A DNA stretch of 64,000 nucleotides, from positions 22,664-86,663 of the forward strand of contig URYL01000011.1 of assembly GCA_900552075.1 (NCBI GenBank), in the 5' to 3' direction. How positions within the stretch are numbered: position 1 is the stretch's first letter; the number at the start of each line of letters is the position of its first letter. This stretch comes from an uncultured Bacteroides sp. GTDB taxonomy: Bacteria; Bacteroidota; Bacteroidia; Bacteroidales; Bacteroidaceae. A program made the position numbers and the translations under genes. Below are positions 28,548 to 39,737 of the stretch, one piece after another. Below the pieces are notes generated by a model. The model was not told where the DNA came from. It was given only the letters and a program-made list of their open reading frames with translations, and searched no databases.

Positions 28548-29648
28548 TTACGACTTTGACAACCGTTTGAGTGCCAGATGATGCCCTGCCTGGGCTGCTT
28601 TCTTATACCAGAACATAGCCAGATGCAGGTCGGGAGCCCCGTTCCAACCTTCTTCGTAACCCTGTCCGATCCGATAAAAAGCATAAGGGTCGGATGAATG
28701 GCGATAGGCCTCGAAGGCCAACGGCAAGGAAACCGGCAAGCGGCCACATCCCTTGCGATACAAATCTCCCAAATTGGCCGAAGCATAGGTCAAATCGCCC
28801 TGACGAACAGCCTCTTTAAACCAGAACTCTGCTTCATAGCCATCGGAATCGACCCCTACCCCTTCCTGGTACAAGGTTCCGATATCATTCAATACTACTC
28901 CATCCACACGGGTTCCTTCCCGATATTCCTTCCCCAGTTCCAGGAGCATGTCCACGTCTTCCTGCGAGAAACTCTCCCATGTCTCCGTGCCGTCGGACTG
29001 CCATGATTTGACACGACCGATTGACACATGTTGTGGCACATCCACTTCCACATCCATGGCATAGGCCAAGCTGTCGGCTATGAATTCCTCCCGCGTGGCT
29101 TCCGAAAGCCAGCCCTTATGCAACAAATACTGGATGTAGCCATAAATACGTGAAGTGGAAGAATGAAGATTCACCCCATACTGCTTCAGCTGTTCCAGCG
29201 AAACATAGCAGATACCTTCTTTAGGCAATTCCAGATAGCAACGGGGAACAACGGAAAGTACCACTTTCAACGAGGCAATCTCTTCCCCGATACAGTCTTC
29301 AATCCACTGCGTCCCCAAACGTTCATACACAGAATAAGTCTTTCCATCCTCTCCCGATACCAGTTTCGGGCTAATCCCGTTCAGACACAGCCCCAATGTA
29401 TCAATCAAATAAGGAAAGAACTTATAATCCTCATAAGAAGATAAACCGTCCATAGCCACCACGACCTTCCCTTTCTGGTCATCAGAAATGGCAAACGAAG
29501 TGGTAGAATATTCCGGACGATGAAAATAATACAGATTTTTTCCCTGATACGTGCCCTGGAGCGTCACCTTCACCGGCACCTCCAGCCTGCGTATAAGTTC
29601 CTTCATACGAAAAGAGGCAAGCGTATTCAGTTGAAAAGAAATTCGCAT
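28548..29648 (-). CDS. Hypothetical protein with C-terminal Sel1-like repeats
   Basis: IGTLYQEGVGV...AEFWFKEA, LGDLYRKG, IGQGYEEG...AMFWYKKAAQAG. N-terminal ~230 aa not recognised. Confidence 0.75.
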   Translation of the reverse strand: MRISFQLNTLASFRMKELIRRLEVPVKVTLQGTYQGKNLYYFHRPEYSTTSFAISDDQKGKVVVAMDGLSSYEDYKFFPYLIDTLGLCLNGISPKLVSGEDGKTYSVYERLGTQWIEDCIGEEIASLKVVLSVVPRCYLELPKEGICYVSLEQLKQYGVNLHSSTSRIYGYIQYLLHKGWLSEATREEFIADSLAYAMDVEVDVPQHVSIGRVKSWQSDGTETWESFSQEDVDMLLELGKEYREGTRVDGVVLNDIGTLYQEGVGVDSDGYEAEFWFKEAVRQGDLTYASANLGDLYRKGCGRLPVSLPLAFEAYRHSSDPYAFYRIGQGYEEGWNGAPDLHLAMFWYKKAAQAGHHLALKRLSKS

Positions 29649-29659
29649 AGTCAGCCTTT

Positions 29660-30733
29660 CTACTTAAAAAATTCCCTTGTTCTTATCTCGCCACTGCCTA
29701 TGCACAGGCGAGCATCCTTGTCATAAATCACCCCGAACTGTCCAGGGGCTATCCCCTGTATCGGCTTCCTGCTGGACACCAGCCATCCGTCTTCCGAAAG
29801 ACGGATAGTTCCAGTCTGAAAGGTATCCGTGTGGCGTATCTTGAAACGAACTTCAGTTTCCGGTTCTTTCCAAGGATTCAAGGTGATGAAATGGAAATCC
29901 TTCAAGTAAAAGGAATAGCCAAACTGCTTTTCTGTATCATAACCATGCGACACATAGATAATGTTTTCATCCACATTCTTGTCTACAACGAACCACGGGC
30001 CACCGCCCAGTCCCAATCCCTTGCGTTGTCCAATGGTATGGAACCAATATCCCCGATGCTGCCCGATGACCTTTCCTGTCTCCAACTCCACGACCGGTCC
30101 CGGCCGTTCACCCAGGAAACGACGGATAAAATCATTGTAGTTTATCTTTCCCAGAAAACAGATTCCCTGACTGTCCTTCCGTCTGGCACTTGGCAAGGAA
30201 GCCTTCAAAGCCAACGCCCGCACTTCCTCTTTCATCAATCCGCCCAACGGGAACATCAGTCGCGACACCTGAAGGTAATCAATCTGCGCCAGGAAATCTG
30301 TCTGGTCCTTCACCGGGTCTTTGGCTGTAGCCAGCCACGTATGCCCGTCAATTACGAGTGTAGAAGCATAATGTCCTGTAGCTATTTTATCATAGTCATG
30401 TCCGGCCTTTTGGTCGAAACAACCGAACTTTATCAATTTATTGCACATCACATCCGGATTGGGGGTCAGCCCACGCCGCACCTTATCAATGGTATAAGCT
30501 ACTACATTGTCCCAATACTCCTTCTGCAAATCCACAATATGGAACGGCAGCCCATATTTCCGGGCGGTGGCAGAAGCCAGTTCTATATCCTCTTCCGCCG
30601 TACACGTCAGTTCCTCGTCTGTATCCATACCAATCTTTATGTAAAACAAGTCTGGCTTGTATCCTTGTTCACACAACAGATGTACAGCTACCGCGCTGTC
30701 AACTCCTCCCGAAATCAATGCTGCTATCTTCAT
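29660..30733 (-). CDS. mnmA: tRNA 2-thiouridine(34) synthase
   Basis: [40 protein letters not shown]. Confidence 0.97.
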   Translation of the reverse strand: MKIAALISGGVDSAVAVHLLCEQGYKPDLFYIKIGMDTDEELTCTAEEDIELASATARKYGLPFHIVDLQKEYWDNVVAYTIDKVRRGLTPNPDVMCNKLIKFGCFDQKAGHDYDKIATGHYASTLVIDGHTWLATAKDPVKDQTDFLAQIDYLQVSRLMFPLGGLMKEEVRALALKASLPSARRKDSQGICFLGKINYNDFIRRFLGERPGPVVELETGKVIGQHRGYWFHTIGQRKGLGLGGGPWFVVDKNVDENIIYVSHGYDTEKQFGYSFYLKDFHFITLNPWKEPETEVRFKIRHTDTFQTGTIRLSEDGWLVSSRKPIQGIAPGQFGVIYDKDARLCIGSGEIRTREFFK

Positions 30734-30801
30734 ATATATACTTTTGGCGACAAATATACCGCCGAGATTCTAAGTGAACAATACCCTTTTCAGGGTATAT
30801 C

Positions 30802-31401
30802 TCATTTCAGAGCCTGAAACTGCTCTATCAATGAAGTAAGATTTGCGGTAAACAAACGGGCCGAAATGGCCAACAAGATAATACCGAAAAATTTACGGAT
30901 GACATAAATACCTCCTTTCCCCAGCATGCGCTCGATACGGTCAGTCAGTTTCAATACGATATAGACCCACACCATATTCAATATCAGAGCCAGCACAATG
31001 TTAATCGGCGCATATTCTGCCCGTAACGACAACAGCGTAGTAAATGCACCTGCACCTGCCAGCAAAGGGAACACCAAAGGTACCAGAGTGGCCTCCTTGA
31101 TGGGGCCTGTATTCTTGAAGATTTCAATATCCAGAATCATTTCCAGCGACATCAGAAAAATGACAAAAGCACCGGCTACAGCAAACGAAGCGATATCTAC
31201 CTGAAACAAACGCAACATCATGTCGCCGGCATAGAAAAAACCAAGAAGAAGCGCAAAAGCGATAAAAGTGGCCTTAGGAGCATTAACAGCTCGTCCTTTC
31301 TGCTTCAAATCCAGAATAATAGGAATGGAACCAATGATATCAATCACGGCAAAAAGAACGATAAAGGCACTTAAAAACTGCTGAAAATCAAATCCAATCA
31401 T
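30802..31401 (-). CDS. MarC family membrane protein
   Basis: Six hydrophobic segments, VPLVFPLLAGAGA motif. Confidence 0.88.
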   Translation of the reverse strand: MIGFDFQQFLSAFIVLFAVIDIIGSIPIILDLKQKGRAVNAPKATFIAFALLLGFFYAGDMMLRLFQVDIASFAVAGAFVIFLMSLEMILDIEIFKNTGPIKEATLVPLVFPLLAGAGAFTTLLSLRAEYAPINIVLALILNMVWVYIVLKLTDRIERMLGKGGIYVIRKFFGIILLAISARLFTANLTSLIEQFQALK

Positions 31402-31583
31402 TGTTATTATCCAAATTACTTTTGCAAAGTTATCATTTTTTTATACACCTGCAAGATTTGACAAACATTATCAGACTGTAAGAAAGAATAAAAAAGATAA
31501 AACCTATAATCTAGGAACTGCTGCACTGAGGAAATATACTTAACTTTGTGTGTTAAAAGATAACTTAATAAAGTTAACGAGAG

Positions 31584-32270
31584 ATGGAATTGACAATGTA
31601 CGACAAGCTTTTACAGCTCCCTCTGTTTCAAGGGATGTCGAAATTCGACTTTACCGACATCCTGGAGAAAGTAAAAATTCACTTTAATAAATATGAACCT
31701 GGAAGCTGCCTGGTAAAACAAGACACTCCGTGCGACCAGCTTATTTTTGTGTTGGACGGAGAAGTACAGATAGAATCCAACGACGCTCCGCACAAATACA
31801 CCTTGTGGGAAAACTTTAAAAGTCCGAATGTCATCGAACCCTATTCCTTGTTTGGAATGCGCCCCTATTTTACAGCATCGTACACTGCACTGACCGAAGT
31901 CAACACACTGCATATCGAGAAATCTTACATTCTCAACGAACTATGCCGTTATGAAGTGTTCAACCTGAACTACATGAACATGTTGAGCAACCGGAGCCAG
32001 GTGATTTACAACAAGCTGTGGAATTCCCATATCGGAAAGACACGCGATAAAATCATCAACTTTCTCCTGTTGCGCTGCATGACTCCCTACGGACCGAAGA
32101 AACTGTCCATCCGGATGGAAGATCTCGCCCGGCTGATTGACGACACGCGCATCAATGTGTCAAACGTGCTGAACGACCTCCAGAACCGGGGCTTGATTCA
32201 ACTGGGACGCCGCACGTTCAGCATTCCCGATTTAAGGGAGGTAGTGCTTCTTTCGGACAAAAAAGAATAA
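31584..32270 (+). CDS. Crp/Fnr family transcriptional regulator
   Basis: PLFQG, cNMP-binding-like region (FVLDGEV), C-terminal HTH (EDLARLIDDTRINVSNVLNDLQNRGLI). Confidence 0.85.
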   Translation: MELTMYDKLLQLPLFQGMSKFDFTDILEKVKIHFNKYEPGSCLVKQDTPCDQLIFVLDGEVQIESNDAPHKYTLWENFKSPNVIEPYSLFGMRPYFTASYTALTEVNTLHIEKSYILNELCRYEVFNLNYMNMLSNRSQVIYNKLWNSHIGKTRDKIINFLLLRCMTPYGPKKLSIRMEDLARLIDDTRINVSNVLNDLQNRGLIQLGRRTFSIPDLREVVLLSDKKE

Positions 32271-32295
32271 ACTTAAATTTTTACAGACCAGACTT

Positions 32296-34335
32296 ATGAA
32301 CAATCCATTTTTGCAACCCTATCATACCCTCCACGACACCACTCCTTTCCAGCAGATACGGATAGAAAACTACGAGCCGGCCATCCGGGAAGGGATGCGG
32401 CAGGAAGACGAAGAAATTCAGCAAATCACCGGCAATCCGGAACAACCAACCTTCCAGAACACAATCCTGGCACTGGAACATGCCGGAAAGACGCTCGACC
32501 GGGTAACTACCGTGTTGTTCAACCTGCTGAGTGCGGAAACAAACGATGAACTGGAAGCCATTGCGGAGAAAATGACGCCGGAACTTTCGGCACACGCCAA
32601 CAACATCAGCCTCAACGAGACGTTGTTTACACGGGTCAAGGCGGTATATGAACAGCGGGACGCACTTCAGCTGACACCGGAAGAACGGCGCCTGCTGGAA
32701 AAATCATACGACGGATTTGTCCGTAACGGTGCCAACCTGCCGGAAAAGGACAAAGAGACTTTCCGCAAGCTGAGCATGGAACTGAGCAGCCTGACCCTGA
32801 AATTCTCACAGAACCATCTGAAAGAAACGAACAGCTTCGAACTGGTGCTGACACAGGAAAACGACTTGGCCGGACTACCGGAAAGTGCCGTGGAAGCAGC
32901 AGCCCATACCGCTCACGAGAAAGGGAAAGACGGATGCTGGATTATCACCTTGCAGGCTCCCAGCTACGTGCCTTTCATGAAATACAGCGACAGAAGAGAC
33001 CTGCGCAAACAGCTGTACATGGCCTACAACACACAGTGCTGTCACGACAACGAATTCAATAACCTCGACATCGTAAAACGGTTGGTCAACCTGCGCATGG
33101 AACTGGCCCAGTTGTTGGGTTTCTCCAATTATGCAGAATATGTACTGAAAAAACGTATGGCCGAAAACAGCGAACATGTCTACAAACTGTTGAACGATTT
33201 GCTGGATGCCTATACACCGGTGGCCCAAAAGGAAGTGGAAGAAATCCGCACGCTGGCCCGCGAACTGGAAGGAAACGACTTCGAACTGATGCCATGGGAT
33301 TTCTCCTATTACGCCGAGAAACTGAAAAACCGGAAATTCAGTCTGGACGAAGAAGCCCTCCGCCCCTATTTTGAACTGAGCCGCGTAAAAGCTGGCGTAT
33401 TCGGGCTGGCCACCCGCCTCTACGGCATCACCTTCAAGGAAAACAAAGAAATACCGGTCTACCACCCCGATGTACAGGCCTACGAAGTGTTCGACCGCGA
33501 CGGAAGCTTCCTGGCCGTGCTCTATACCGACTTCCATCCGCGCGAAGGCAAGCGTTCGGGTGCCTGGATGACTAGTTACAAGGAACAATGGATAGACGAC
33601 GACGGAACCAACAGTCGCCCGCACGTCTCCGTGACCATGAATTTCACCAAGCCCACGAAAGACAAACCGGCTTTGCTGACTTTCTCGGAAGTCAACACCT
33701 TCCTGCACGAATTCGGCCATGCCTTGCACGGTATGTTTGCCAATACGCGCTTCCAAAGCATGAGCGGCACGAACGTATATTGGGATTTTGTGGAACTTCC
33801 TTCACAAATCATGGAAAACTTTGCCATAGAAAAAGAATTTTTAAATACATTCGCATGTCACTACCAAACAGGAGAGCCCATTCCGGCAGAACTGGTCCAG
33901 CGCATAGTAGACGCCTCGAACTTCAACGTGGCCTACGCTTGCTTGCGCCAAGTCAGCTTCGGACTGCTCGACATGGCTTGGTATACCCGCCAGACTCCGT
34001 TTGAAGGAGATGTGAAGGCATACGAAAAAGCGTCCTGGCAACGCACCCAACTGCTTCCACAACTGGATGACACCTGCATGAGCGTACAATTCGGTCACAT
34101 CATGTCGGGAGGTTACTCTGCCGGATACTACAGCTACAAATGGGCGGAAGTGCTGGATGCCGATGCGTTTTCCGTATTCAAGGAAAAAGGTATCTTCAAT
34201 CCGGAAACGGCACGCTCCTTCCGCGAGAATATTCTGTCGAAAGGGGGCACCGAACATCCAATGACGCTCTACAAGCGTTTCCGGGGACAGGAACCAACCA
34301 TCGACGCATTATTAAAAAGAAATGGAATAAAATGA
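32296..34335 (+). CDS. dcp: M3 family metallopeptidase (peptidyl-dipeptidase Dcp-like)
   Basis: HEFGHALH zinc motif, KRSGAWM, DFVELPSQ, GYYSYKWAEVL. Confidence 0.93.
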   Translation: MNNPFLQPYHTLHDTTPFQQIRIENYEPAIREGMRQEDEEIQQITGNPEQPTFQNTILALEHAGKTLDRVTTVLFNLLSAETNDELEAIAEKMTPELSAHANNISLNETLFTRVKAVYEQRDALQLTPEERRLLEKSYDGFVRNGANLPEKDKETFRKLSMELSSLTLKFSQNHLKETNSFELVLTQENDLAGLPESAVEAAAHTAHEKGKDGCWIITLQAPSYVPFMKYSDRRDLRKQLYMAYNTQCCHDNEFNNLDIVKRLVNLRMELAQLLGFSNYAEYVLKKRMAENSEHVYKLLNDLLDAYTPVAQKEVEEIRTLARELEGNDFELMPWDFSYYAEKLKNRKFSLDEEALRPYFELSRVKAGVFGLATRLYGITFKENKEIPVYHPDVQAYEVFDRDGSFLAVLYTDFHPREGKRSGAWMTSYKEQWIDDDGTNSRPHVSVTMNFTKPTKDKPALLTFSEVNTFLHEFGHALHGMFANTRFQSMSGTNVYWDFVELPSQIMENFAIEKEFLNTFACHYQTGEPIPAELVQRIVDASNFNVAYACLRQVSFGLLDMAWYTRQTPFEGDVKAYEKASWQRTQLLPQLDDTCMSVQFGHIMSGGYSAGYYSYKWAEVLDADAFSVFKEKGIFNPETARSFRENILSKGGTEHPMTLYKRFRGQEPTIDALLKRNGIK

Positions 34336-34817
34336 GCATACAAATGAAAACATTCAAAATCTACTGGTTCTTCACGTTACTCCTGCTACTGGCCGGATGT
34401 AACCAAAAAGACGATGTGCATGAAATTTTCTCCAGCGGACAGACTTGGCATTGGAGCGGCTCTTACAGCACCAGCGACTGGAAAGATGACAACAATTTCA
34501 GTTCCACTTTGACACGGGACGAACTTGCCAAAATCAATGATGACCAAGACAAATACAACATCATTTTCAAAGAAGACGGCACAGTGGAAGGAAAGGGAAG
34601 CAGTTTCACCTTTACCGGCACATGGAGTGCCAACGGAGATGACCAGAGCTTCTCCATTCAATTGAAGCCTAACGGAAACCGCAGCGGACTGGACAAGACT
34701 TTTTATGACGAAATAAGCAGTGCAAAATTCTATCGGGGTAGTTCACGGCTCATCAAACTGTTCAACCTCGACAAGAATCATTATATTCAATTTTATCCCA
34801 AAGGATTTAACGATTAG
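34332..34817 (+). CDS. Lipoprotein of unknown function (DUF4847-like)
   Basis: ATGA overlap with the dcp stop; lipobox LLAGC; beta-rich body. DUF assignment tentative. Confidence 0.65.
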   Translation: MSIQMKTFKIYWFFTLLLLLAGCNQKDDVHEIFSSGQTWHWSGSYSTSDWKDDNNFSSTLTRDELAKINDDQDKYNIIFKEDGTVEGKGSSFTFTGTWSANGDDQSFSIQLKPNGNRSGLDKTFYDEISSAKFYRGSSRLIKLFNLDKNHYIQFYPKGFND

Positions 34818-34828
34818 GCATCAACATT

Positions 34829-35263
34829 ATGGAACCATCAGAACATAAACAGGAAATACTGGACAAACGCTATATGCGTATGGCACTCATCTGGGCCGAG
34901 AACTCTTATTGCAAGCGGCGTCAGGTGGGAGCATTGATTGTCAAGGACAAGATGATTATCTCAGACGGATACAATGGCACACCGGCCGGATTCGAAAACG
35001 TATGTGAAGATGAAAACGGAGTGACCCGTCCTTACGTGCTCCATGCCGAGGCCAACGCCATCACCAAGATAGCCCGTTCCAGCAACAGCAGCGAGGGAGC
35101 CACCATGTATGTCACTGCCTCCCCGTGCATCGAATGTGCCAAACTGATCATTCAGGCCGGCATCAAACGGGTGGTCTATGCCGAAAAATACCGGCTGGAA
35201 GACGGACTGGACTTATTGAAACGAGCCCATATTGAAGTTGTATATCTTAACCCAAATGAATAA
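34829..35263 (+). CDS. dCMP deaminase family protein
   Basis: GYNGTP, HAEANAI, PCIECAK zinc motifs. Confidence 0.93.
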   Translation: MEPSEHKQEILDKRYMRMALIWAENSYCKRRQVGALIVKDKMIISDGYNGTPAGFENVCEDENGVTRPYVLHAEANAITKIARSSNSSEGATMYVTASPCIECAKLIIQAGIKRVVYAEKYRLEDGLDLLKRAHIEVVYLNPNE

Positions 35264-35268
35264 GAATT

Positions 35269-36921
35269 ATGAAAAATAACCGAACACGCCTCATTCCGTT
35301 TCTGCTGGCCATCGCCCTGATTGCAGGTATCGCCATCGGTACATTCTATGCCAACCATTTTTCCGGCAACAAACTGGGCATCATCAATACGTCTTCCAAT
35401 AAACTGAATGCCTTGCTGCGCATCATTGACGACCAGTATGTAGATACGGTCAACATTAGCGACCTGGTGGAAGAGGCCATGCCGCAGATTCTTTCGGAAC
35501 TCGACCCGCATTCTTCCTATATCCCGGCTAAGGACCTTGAGGCTGTTACCGCCGACCTCAAAGGCAGCTTCAGTGGTATCGGCATCCAGTTTACCATCCA
35601 GAATGACACCATCCATGTGAACAGCGTCATTCAGGGAGGCCCATCCGAAAAGGTGGGACTGATGGCCGGCGACCGCATCGTAGAAGTAGATGATTCTGCC
35701 TTCGTGGGGAAAATCGTGACCAACGAAGAAGCCATGAAACGCCTGAAAGGTGAAAAAGGCAGCAAGGTCAAACTCGGCGTGTACCGCCCGGGAGAGAAAG
35801 AGCTGCTGCATTTCACGGTCGTACGTGGCAATATTCCAGTCAAGAGCATTGACGCAGCCTACATGATTAACGAAAAAGTAGGTTATGTCAAGGTTAACAA
35901 ATTCGGTGAAACCACTTATCCGGAATTATTGATAGCCCTGGCCAAACTGAACCAAAAGAACTGTGAGGGATTGATTATCGACCTTCGTGGAAACACAGGA
36001 GGCTACATGGCGGCAGCCATCCAGATGGTCAACGAATTCCTTCCCAACAACCGGCTGATTGTCTATACTCAGGGTCGCAAATCCCCGCGCGAAGACTACA
36101 ACTCCAACGGTACAGGCAGCAACCAGAAAATGCCACTCGTGGTATTGGTGGACGAAGGTTCTGCTTCTGCCAGCGAAATCTTTGCCGGAGCCATCCAAGA
36201 CAATGACCGCGGAACCATCATCGGACGCCGTTCATTCGGAAAGGGACTGGTACAGCAACCCATTGAATTCAGCGACGGCTCTGCCATCCGTCTGACCATC
36301 GCCCGTTACTATACGCCATCGGGACGTTGCATCCAGAAACCCTACGAAAAAGGGAAAGAATCAGAATATGAACTGGATTTGCTCACCCGCTATGAACACG
36401 GAGAGTTCTTCTCAGCCGACAGCATCAAACAGAACGAAACCGAAGTCTACCACACCCGTCTGGGACGTCCGGTTTACGGAGGTGGCGGTATCATGCCCGA
36501 CATCTTCGTGCCACAGGATACCACCGGCATGACGTCTTATTTCCGCATGGCAGCCAACCGTGGACTGATTATCCGCTACACTTTCGAATATACCGATCAG
36601 AACCGGAGCACATTACAGCAATATGACACTCCGGAAAAGATGGAGGAATATTTGAAAAAACAGAACCTGCTGAACAATTTTGCCGCATGGGCGGAAAAGA
36701 AAGGTTTGAAACGCCGCAACAACCTGATGGCCAAATCACGCCGGCTGTTTGAAATGAGCCTTTACGGAAACATTATCTACAACATGCTGGGTATGGAAGC
36801 ATATGTGGAATACTTGAACGAGACCGACAAGACCGTCTTGAAAGCAGTCGACATCTTGGAAAAGGGAGAATCTTTCCCAAAGGCTCCTGAGGTACAGGCT
36901 TCCAACGAGAAAAAGAAATAG
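35269..36921 (+). CDS. S41 family C-terminal processing peptidase
   Basis: LDPHS, PDZ (GIGI), DLRGNTGG, SASASEI, SFGKGLVQ. Confidence 0.93.
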   Translation: MKNNRTRLIPFLLAIALIAGIAIGTFYANHFSGNKLGIINTSSNKLNALLRIIDDQYVDTVNISDLVEEAMPQILSELDPHSSYIPAKDLEAVTADLKGSFSGIGIQFTIQNDTIHVNSVIQGGPSEKVGLMAGDRIVEVDDSAFVGKIVTNEEAMKRLKGEKGSKVKLGVYRPGEKELLHFTVVRGNIPVKSIDAAYMINEKVGYVKVNKFGETTYPELLIALAKLNQKNCEGLIIDLRGNTGGYMAAAIQMVNEFLPNNRLIVYTQGRKSPREDYNSNGTGSNQKMPLVVLVDEGSASASEIFAGAIQDNDRGTIIGRRSFGKGLVQQPIEFSDGSAIRLTIARYYTPSGRCIQKPYEKGKESEYELDLLTRYEHGEFFSADSIKQNETEVYHTRLGRPVYGGGGIMPDIFVPQDTTGMTSYFRMAANRGLIIRYTFEYTDQNRSTLQQYDTPEKMEEYLKKQNLLNNFAAWAEKKGLKRRNNLMAKSRRLFEMSLYGNIIYNMLGMEAYVEYLNETDKTVLKAVDILEKGESFPKAPEVQASNEKKK

Positions 36922-36927
36922 AATCTA

Positions 36928-37491
36928 ATGGACAAAAAAAAAATACGCGAACTAATTGCACAAGAGAAGCGGAAATACTCCGCTTCTCAAAAAACAGAAT
37001 GGTCTTCCAGCTTGTTCCAAAAGTTGGAAGACCATCCTTTGTTTTTACAGGTGAAAACCATCCTGTTGTATCATTCTTTGCCCGATGAAGTACAGACTCA
37101 TGCGTTCATCGAGCGCTGGTATCCGCACAAACGCATTGTGCTGCCTCTGGTGAAAGGTGAAGAACTCGAACTACGATATTACGAAGGAAAAGATTCATTG
37201 CAAACCGGCTCATTCGGCATTGAGGAACCTACCGGAAGACAGGTGGAAAACTGGGATGAAATCGAACTGAGCATCGTTCCTGGTGTAGCCTTCGACCGGA
37301 CCGGCAACCGGCTTGGACGCGGAAAAGGATACTATGACCGCACCCTGGCCCAACTTCATTCTTATAATATAGGTATCTGCTTCCATTTCCAGCTCTACCC
37401 GCACATTCCGACAGAGCCTACCGACTGCCCCATGCACGAAGTCTGGACCGAGCAAGGCTGTGTGTTTAATGGAACACAATGTTCACGATGA
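36928..37491 (+). CDS. 5-formyltetrahydrofolate cyclo-ligase
   Basis: FGIEEP, VPGVAFDRTGNRLGRGKGYYDR. Confidence 0.93.
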   Translation: MDKKKIRELIAQEKRKYSASQKTEWSSSLFQKLEDHPLFLQVKTILLYHSLPDEVQTHAFIERWYPHKRIVLPLVKGEELELRYYEGKDSLQTGSFGIEEPTGRQVENWDEIELSIVPGVAFDRTGNRLGRGKGYYDRTLAQLHSYNIGICFHFQLYPHIPTEPTDCPMHEVWTEQGCVFNGTQCSR

Positions 37492-37756
37492 CTTGTGAGC
37501 CCACCTGCGCATTCAGGTTGCGAATCAGCATCTCCCGCCCCATCATCAGCTCCTGCCGGATGACCGACGAAGAAAGACTGACATAAAGCACCTGATTCTT
37601 AATAAACAGATTCGTGGTGTAACGGGTAATGACCGGCCCCACTACATCCTTCCAGGCATCCACCAGACGGTATTCGTTCAAGGGCGTCTCCAGCCCCTGC
37701 TGGCGAAGGAACTGCCGGAGCACATCACCTATCTGTTCCGTATTATTCCGCTTCAT
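37466..37756 (-). CDS. DUF721 / DciA-like protein
   Basis: ~96 aa directly downstream of recF; W-DVVG, LYV-LSSSVIRQEL pattern. Confidence 0.8.
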   Translation of the reverse strand: MKRNNTEQIGDVLRQFLRQQGLETPLNEYRLVDAWKDVVGPVITRYTTNLFIKNQVLYVSLSSSVIRQELMMGREMLIRNLNAQVGSQVIVNIVFH

Positions 37757-38864
37757 ACCCTTCCTTTCGTTCGGAAACTTCTCCGTTTTCCACCTCAAAC
37801 AGTTTATAGTCTCCCTCAATCTTTTTCAAAATGCGGTCCAAGTGGTCGCGGTTGGTGTCCGTAATAAAAATCTGTCCGAAATTGTCACCGGCCACCAGCT
37901 TTACAATCTGCTCCACCCGAAGAGCATCCAGCTTGTCGAAAATGTCGTCCAGCAGAATCAACGGTGTGGTACCGCTTCCCGTACGTTTCAAGAACTCAAA
38001 CTGGGCCAGCTTAAGAGCAATCAAATACGTTTTATTCTGCCCTTGCGAGCCTTCCCGCTTCATGGGGAACTCTCCCAACTGCATAATCAGGTCGTCTTTG
38101 TGGATACCCTTCAGAGAAAATCCCATCACCCGGTCCCGCTGACGATTTTCACGCAGTAGCGTCAGCAAGTCTCCCTCCGCCGCATGTGACTGATACGACA
38201 GTTTCACCTGCTCCCGGTTCTGGGAAATATAGGCATAATACGACTGGAAAATTGGAATAAACTCCTCGATAAACTGCCGACGCTTGCGAAACACCACTTC
38301 CCCCGTAGAAGCCATCATCTCCTCCCACACGTTCATCAGCTCCTCATCCGGTTCCAGTTCCGCTTTCAACAACGTATTCCGCTGCAACAGCGCCTTATTG
38401 TAGCGAATCAACGCATCCAGATATTCCCGGTCGAACTGCGAAATCACCACGTCCATGAAGCGTCTGCGCTCTTCACTTCCCCCCGCAATGAGCAGCGTAT
38501 CGGCCGGTGAAACCATGACCAGCGGAATCAGTCCGATGTGATCCGACAAACGGGTATATTCCTTCTTATTCCGTTTGAACTGCTTCTTCTGACGACGTTT
38601 CAACCCACAATACACTTCCTCTGGATCGCCTCCGTCCGTTTCATAAAATCCCTGTAGCACAAAGAAATCCTGCTCATGTCGGATATTCTGAGAATCAATA
38701 GGGTTGGTCGCACTCTTGCAGAAAGAAAGATAATACACGGCATCCATCAGGTTGGTCTTCCCCATCCCATTCTTGCCGATAATGCAGTTCATTTTATGGG
38801 AAAAAGTCAGTTCCGCCTGCTCCAGATTCTTATAGTTTACGATTGAAATGCGTTTAAGCCACAT
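37743..38864 (-). CDS. recF: DNA replication and repair protein RecF
   Basis: GKNGMGKTNL, ERRRFMD, QRN-LLK, GSQGQ, LLDDIFDKLD. Confidence 0.96.
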   Translation of the reverse strand: MWLKRISIVNYKNLEQAELTFSHKMNCIIGKNGMGKTNLMDAVYYLSFCKSATNPIDSQNIRHEQDFFVLQGFYETDGGDPEEVYCGLKRRQKKQFKRNKKEYTRLSDHIGLIPLVMVSPADTLLIAGGSEERRRFMDVVISQFDREYLDALIRYNKALLQRNTLLKAELEPDEELMNVWEEMMASTGEVVFRKRRQFIEEFIPIFQSYYAYISQNREQVKLSYQSHAAEGDLLTLLRENRQRDRVMGFSLKGIHKDDLIMQLGEFPMKREGSQGQNKTYLIALKLAQFEFLKRTGSGTTPLILLDDIFDKLDALRVEQIVKLVAGDNFGQIFITDTNRDHLDRILKKIEGDYKLFEVENGEVSERKEGYEAE

Positions 38865-39011
38865 AAAACTCTTGTTATTTAGAATACAAAATTAACAATA
38901 AAAGCAAGATTCATTAAAAAAACTGCCCGCAAATTTCATTTATAAGTATAAATAAACTACTTTTGCTGTCCGAATAAGTGGATTTTGAAAATAATAAAAA
39001 ACAAATATCAA

Positions 39012-39689
39012 ATGACTGAACAAAAACACACTCATGACCCATTGAATGTAGACGAAGCGCTCAGCACTTCCGAAGCATTTCTGCTCAAAAACAAGAATTT
39101 ACTGTTAGGTATAGTAATCGCCTTGGTTGTCATTGTTGGAGGTTACCTCGGATACAAGCATTTCATTGCGGAACCCAACGAATTGAAAGCCTCTGAAGCC
39201 ATTTTCAAAGGCGAACAATATTTTGGAGCCGACAACTTTGAAGTGGCACTGAAAGGCGACAGCTTGGGCTATGCAGGTTTCGTCAAACTGGCAGACCAGT
39301 TTAGCGGTACAGATGCTGGCAACCTGGCCAACGCATACGCAGGTCTTTGCTATGCACAGCTCGGCAAATACGAAGATGCCATCAAATACTTGGACAAATT
39401 CAGCGGAAACGACCTGCTGGTAGCTCCTTCCGTAATGGGAGCTCTGGGAAACTGCTATGCACAGGTAGGTCAGCTTGACAAGGCTGTAGCTACTTTACTG
39501 AAAGCAGCTGAACGTGCCAACAGCATGTCACTGAGTCCGATTTACTTAATTCAGGCCGGACAGATTCTGGAAAAACAAGGCAAGAATGTAGAAGCCGTAG
39601 ACGCTTACAAGCAGGTGAAGAACAAATACGGTAATTCTTACCAGGCTATGGATATCGACAAGTACATCGAACGTGCTTCTCTGAAATAA
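39012..39689 (+). CDS. Membrane-anchored TPR protein (YfgM-like)
   Basis: Single N-terminal TM followed by TPR helices. Confidence 0.8.
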   Translation: MTEQKHTHDPLNVDEALSTSEAFLLKNKNLLLGIVIALVVIVGGYLGYKHFIAEPNELKASEAIFKGEQYFGADNFEVALKGDSLGYAGFVKLADQFSGTDAGNLANAYAGLCYAQLGKYEDAIKYLDKFSGNDLLVAPSVMGALGNCYAQVGQLDKAVATLLKAAERANSMSLSPIYLIQAGQILEKQGKNVEAVDAYKQVKNKYGNSYQAMDIDKYIERASLK

Positions 39690-39737
39690 TTTCAACGAAC
39701 ATACTTCTATTATTATAAAAGAGTATCATCATTCAGG

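Noticed and set aside
34140..34331. Extended N-termini given by the ORF track (also 27157, 24617, 6089, 16630, 62110)
   Set aside because: The extensions overlap upstream genes or promoter boxes; downstream starts give proper signal peptides or family N-termini.
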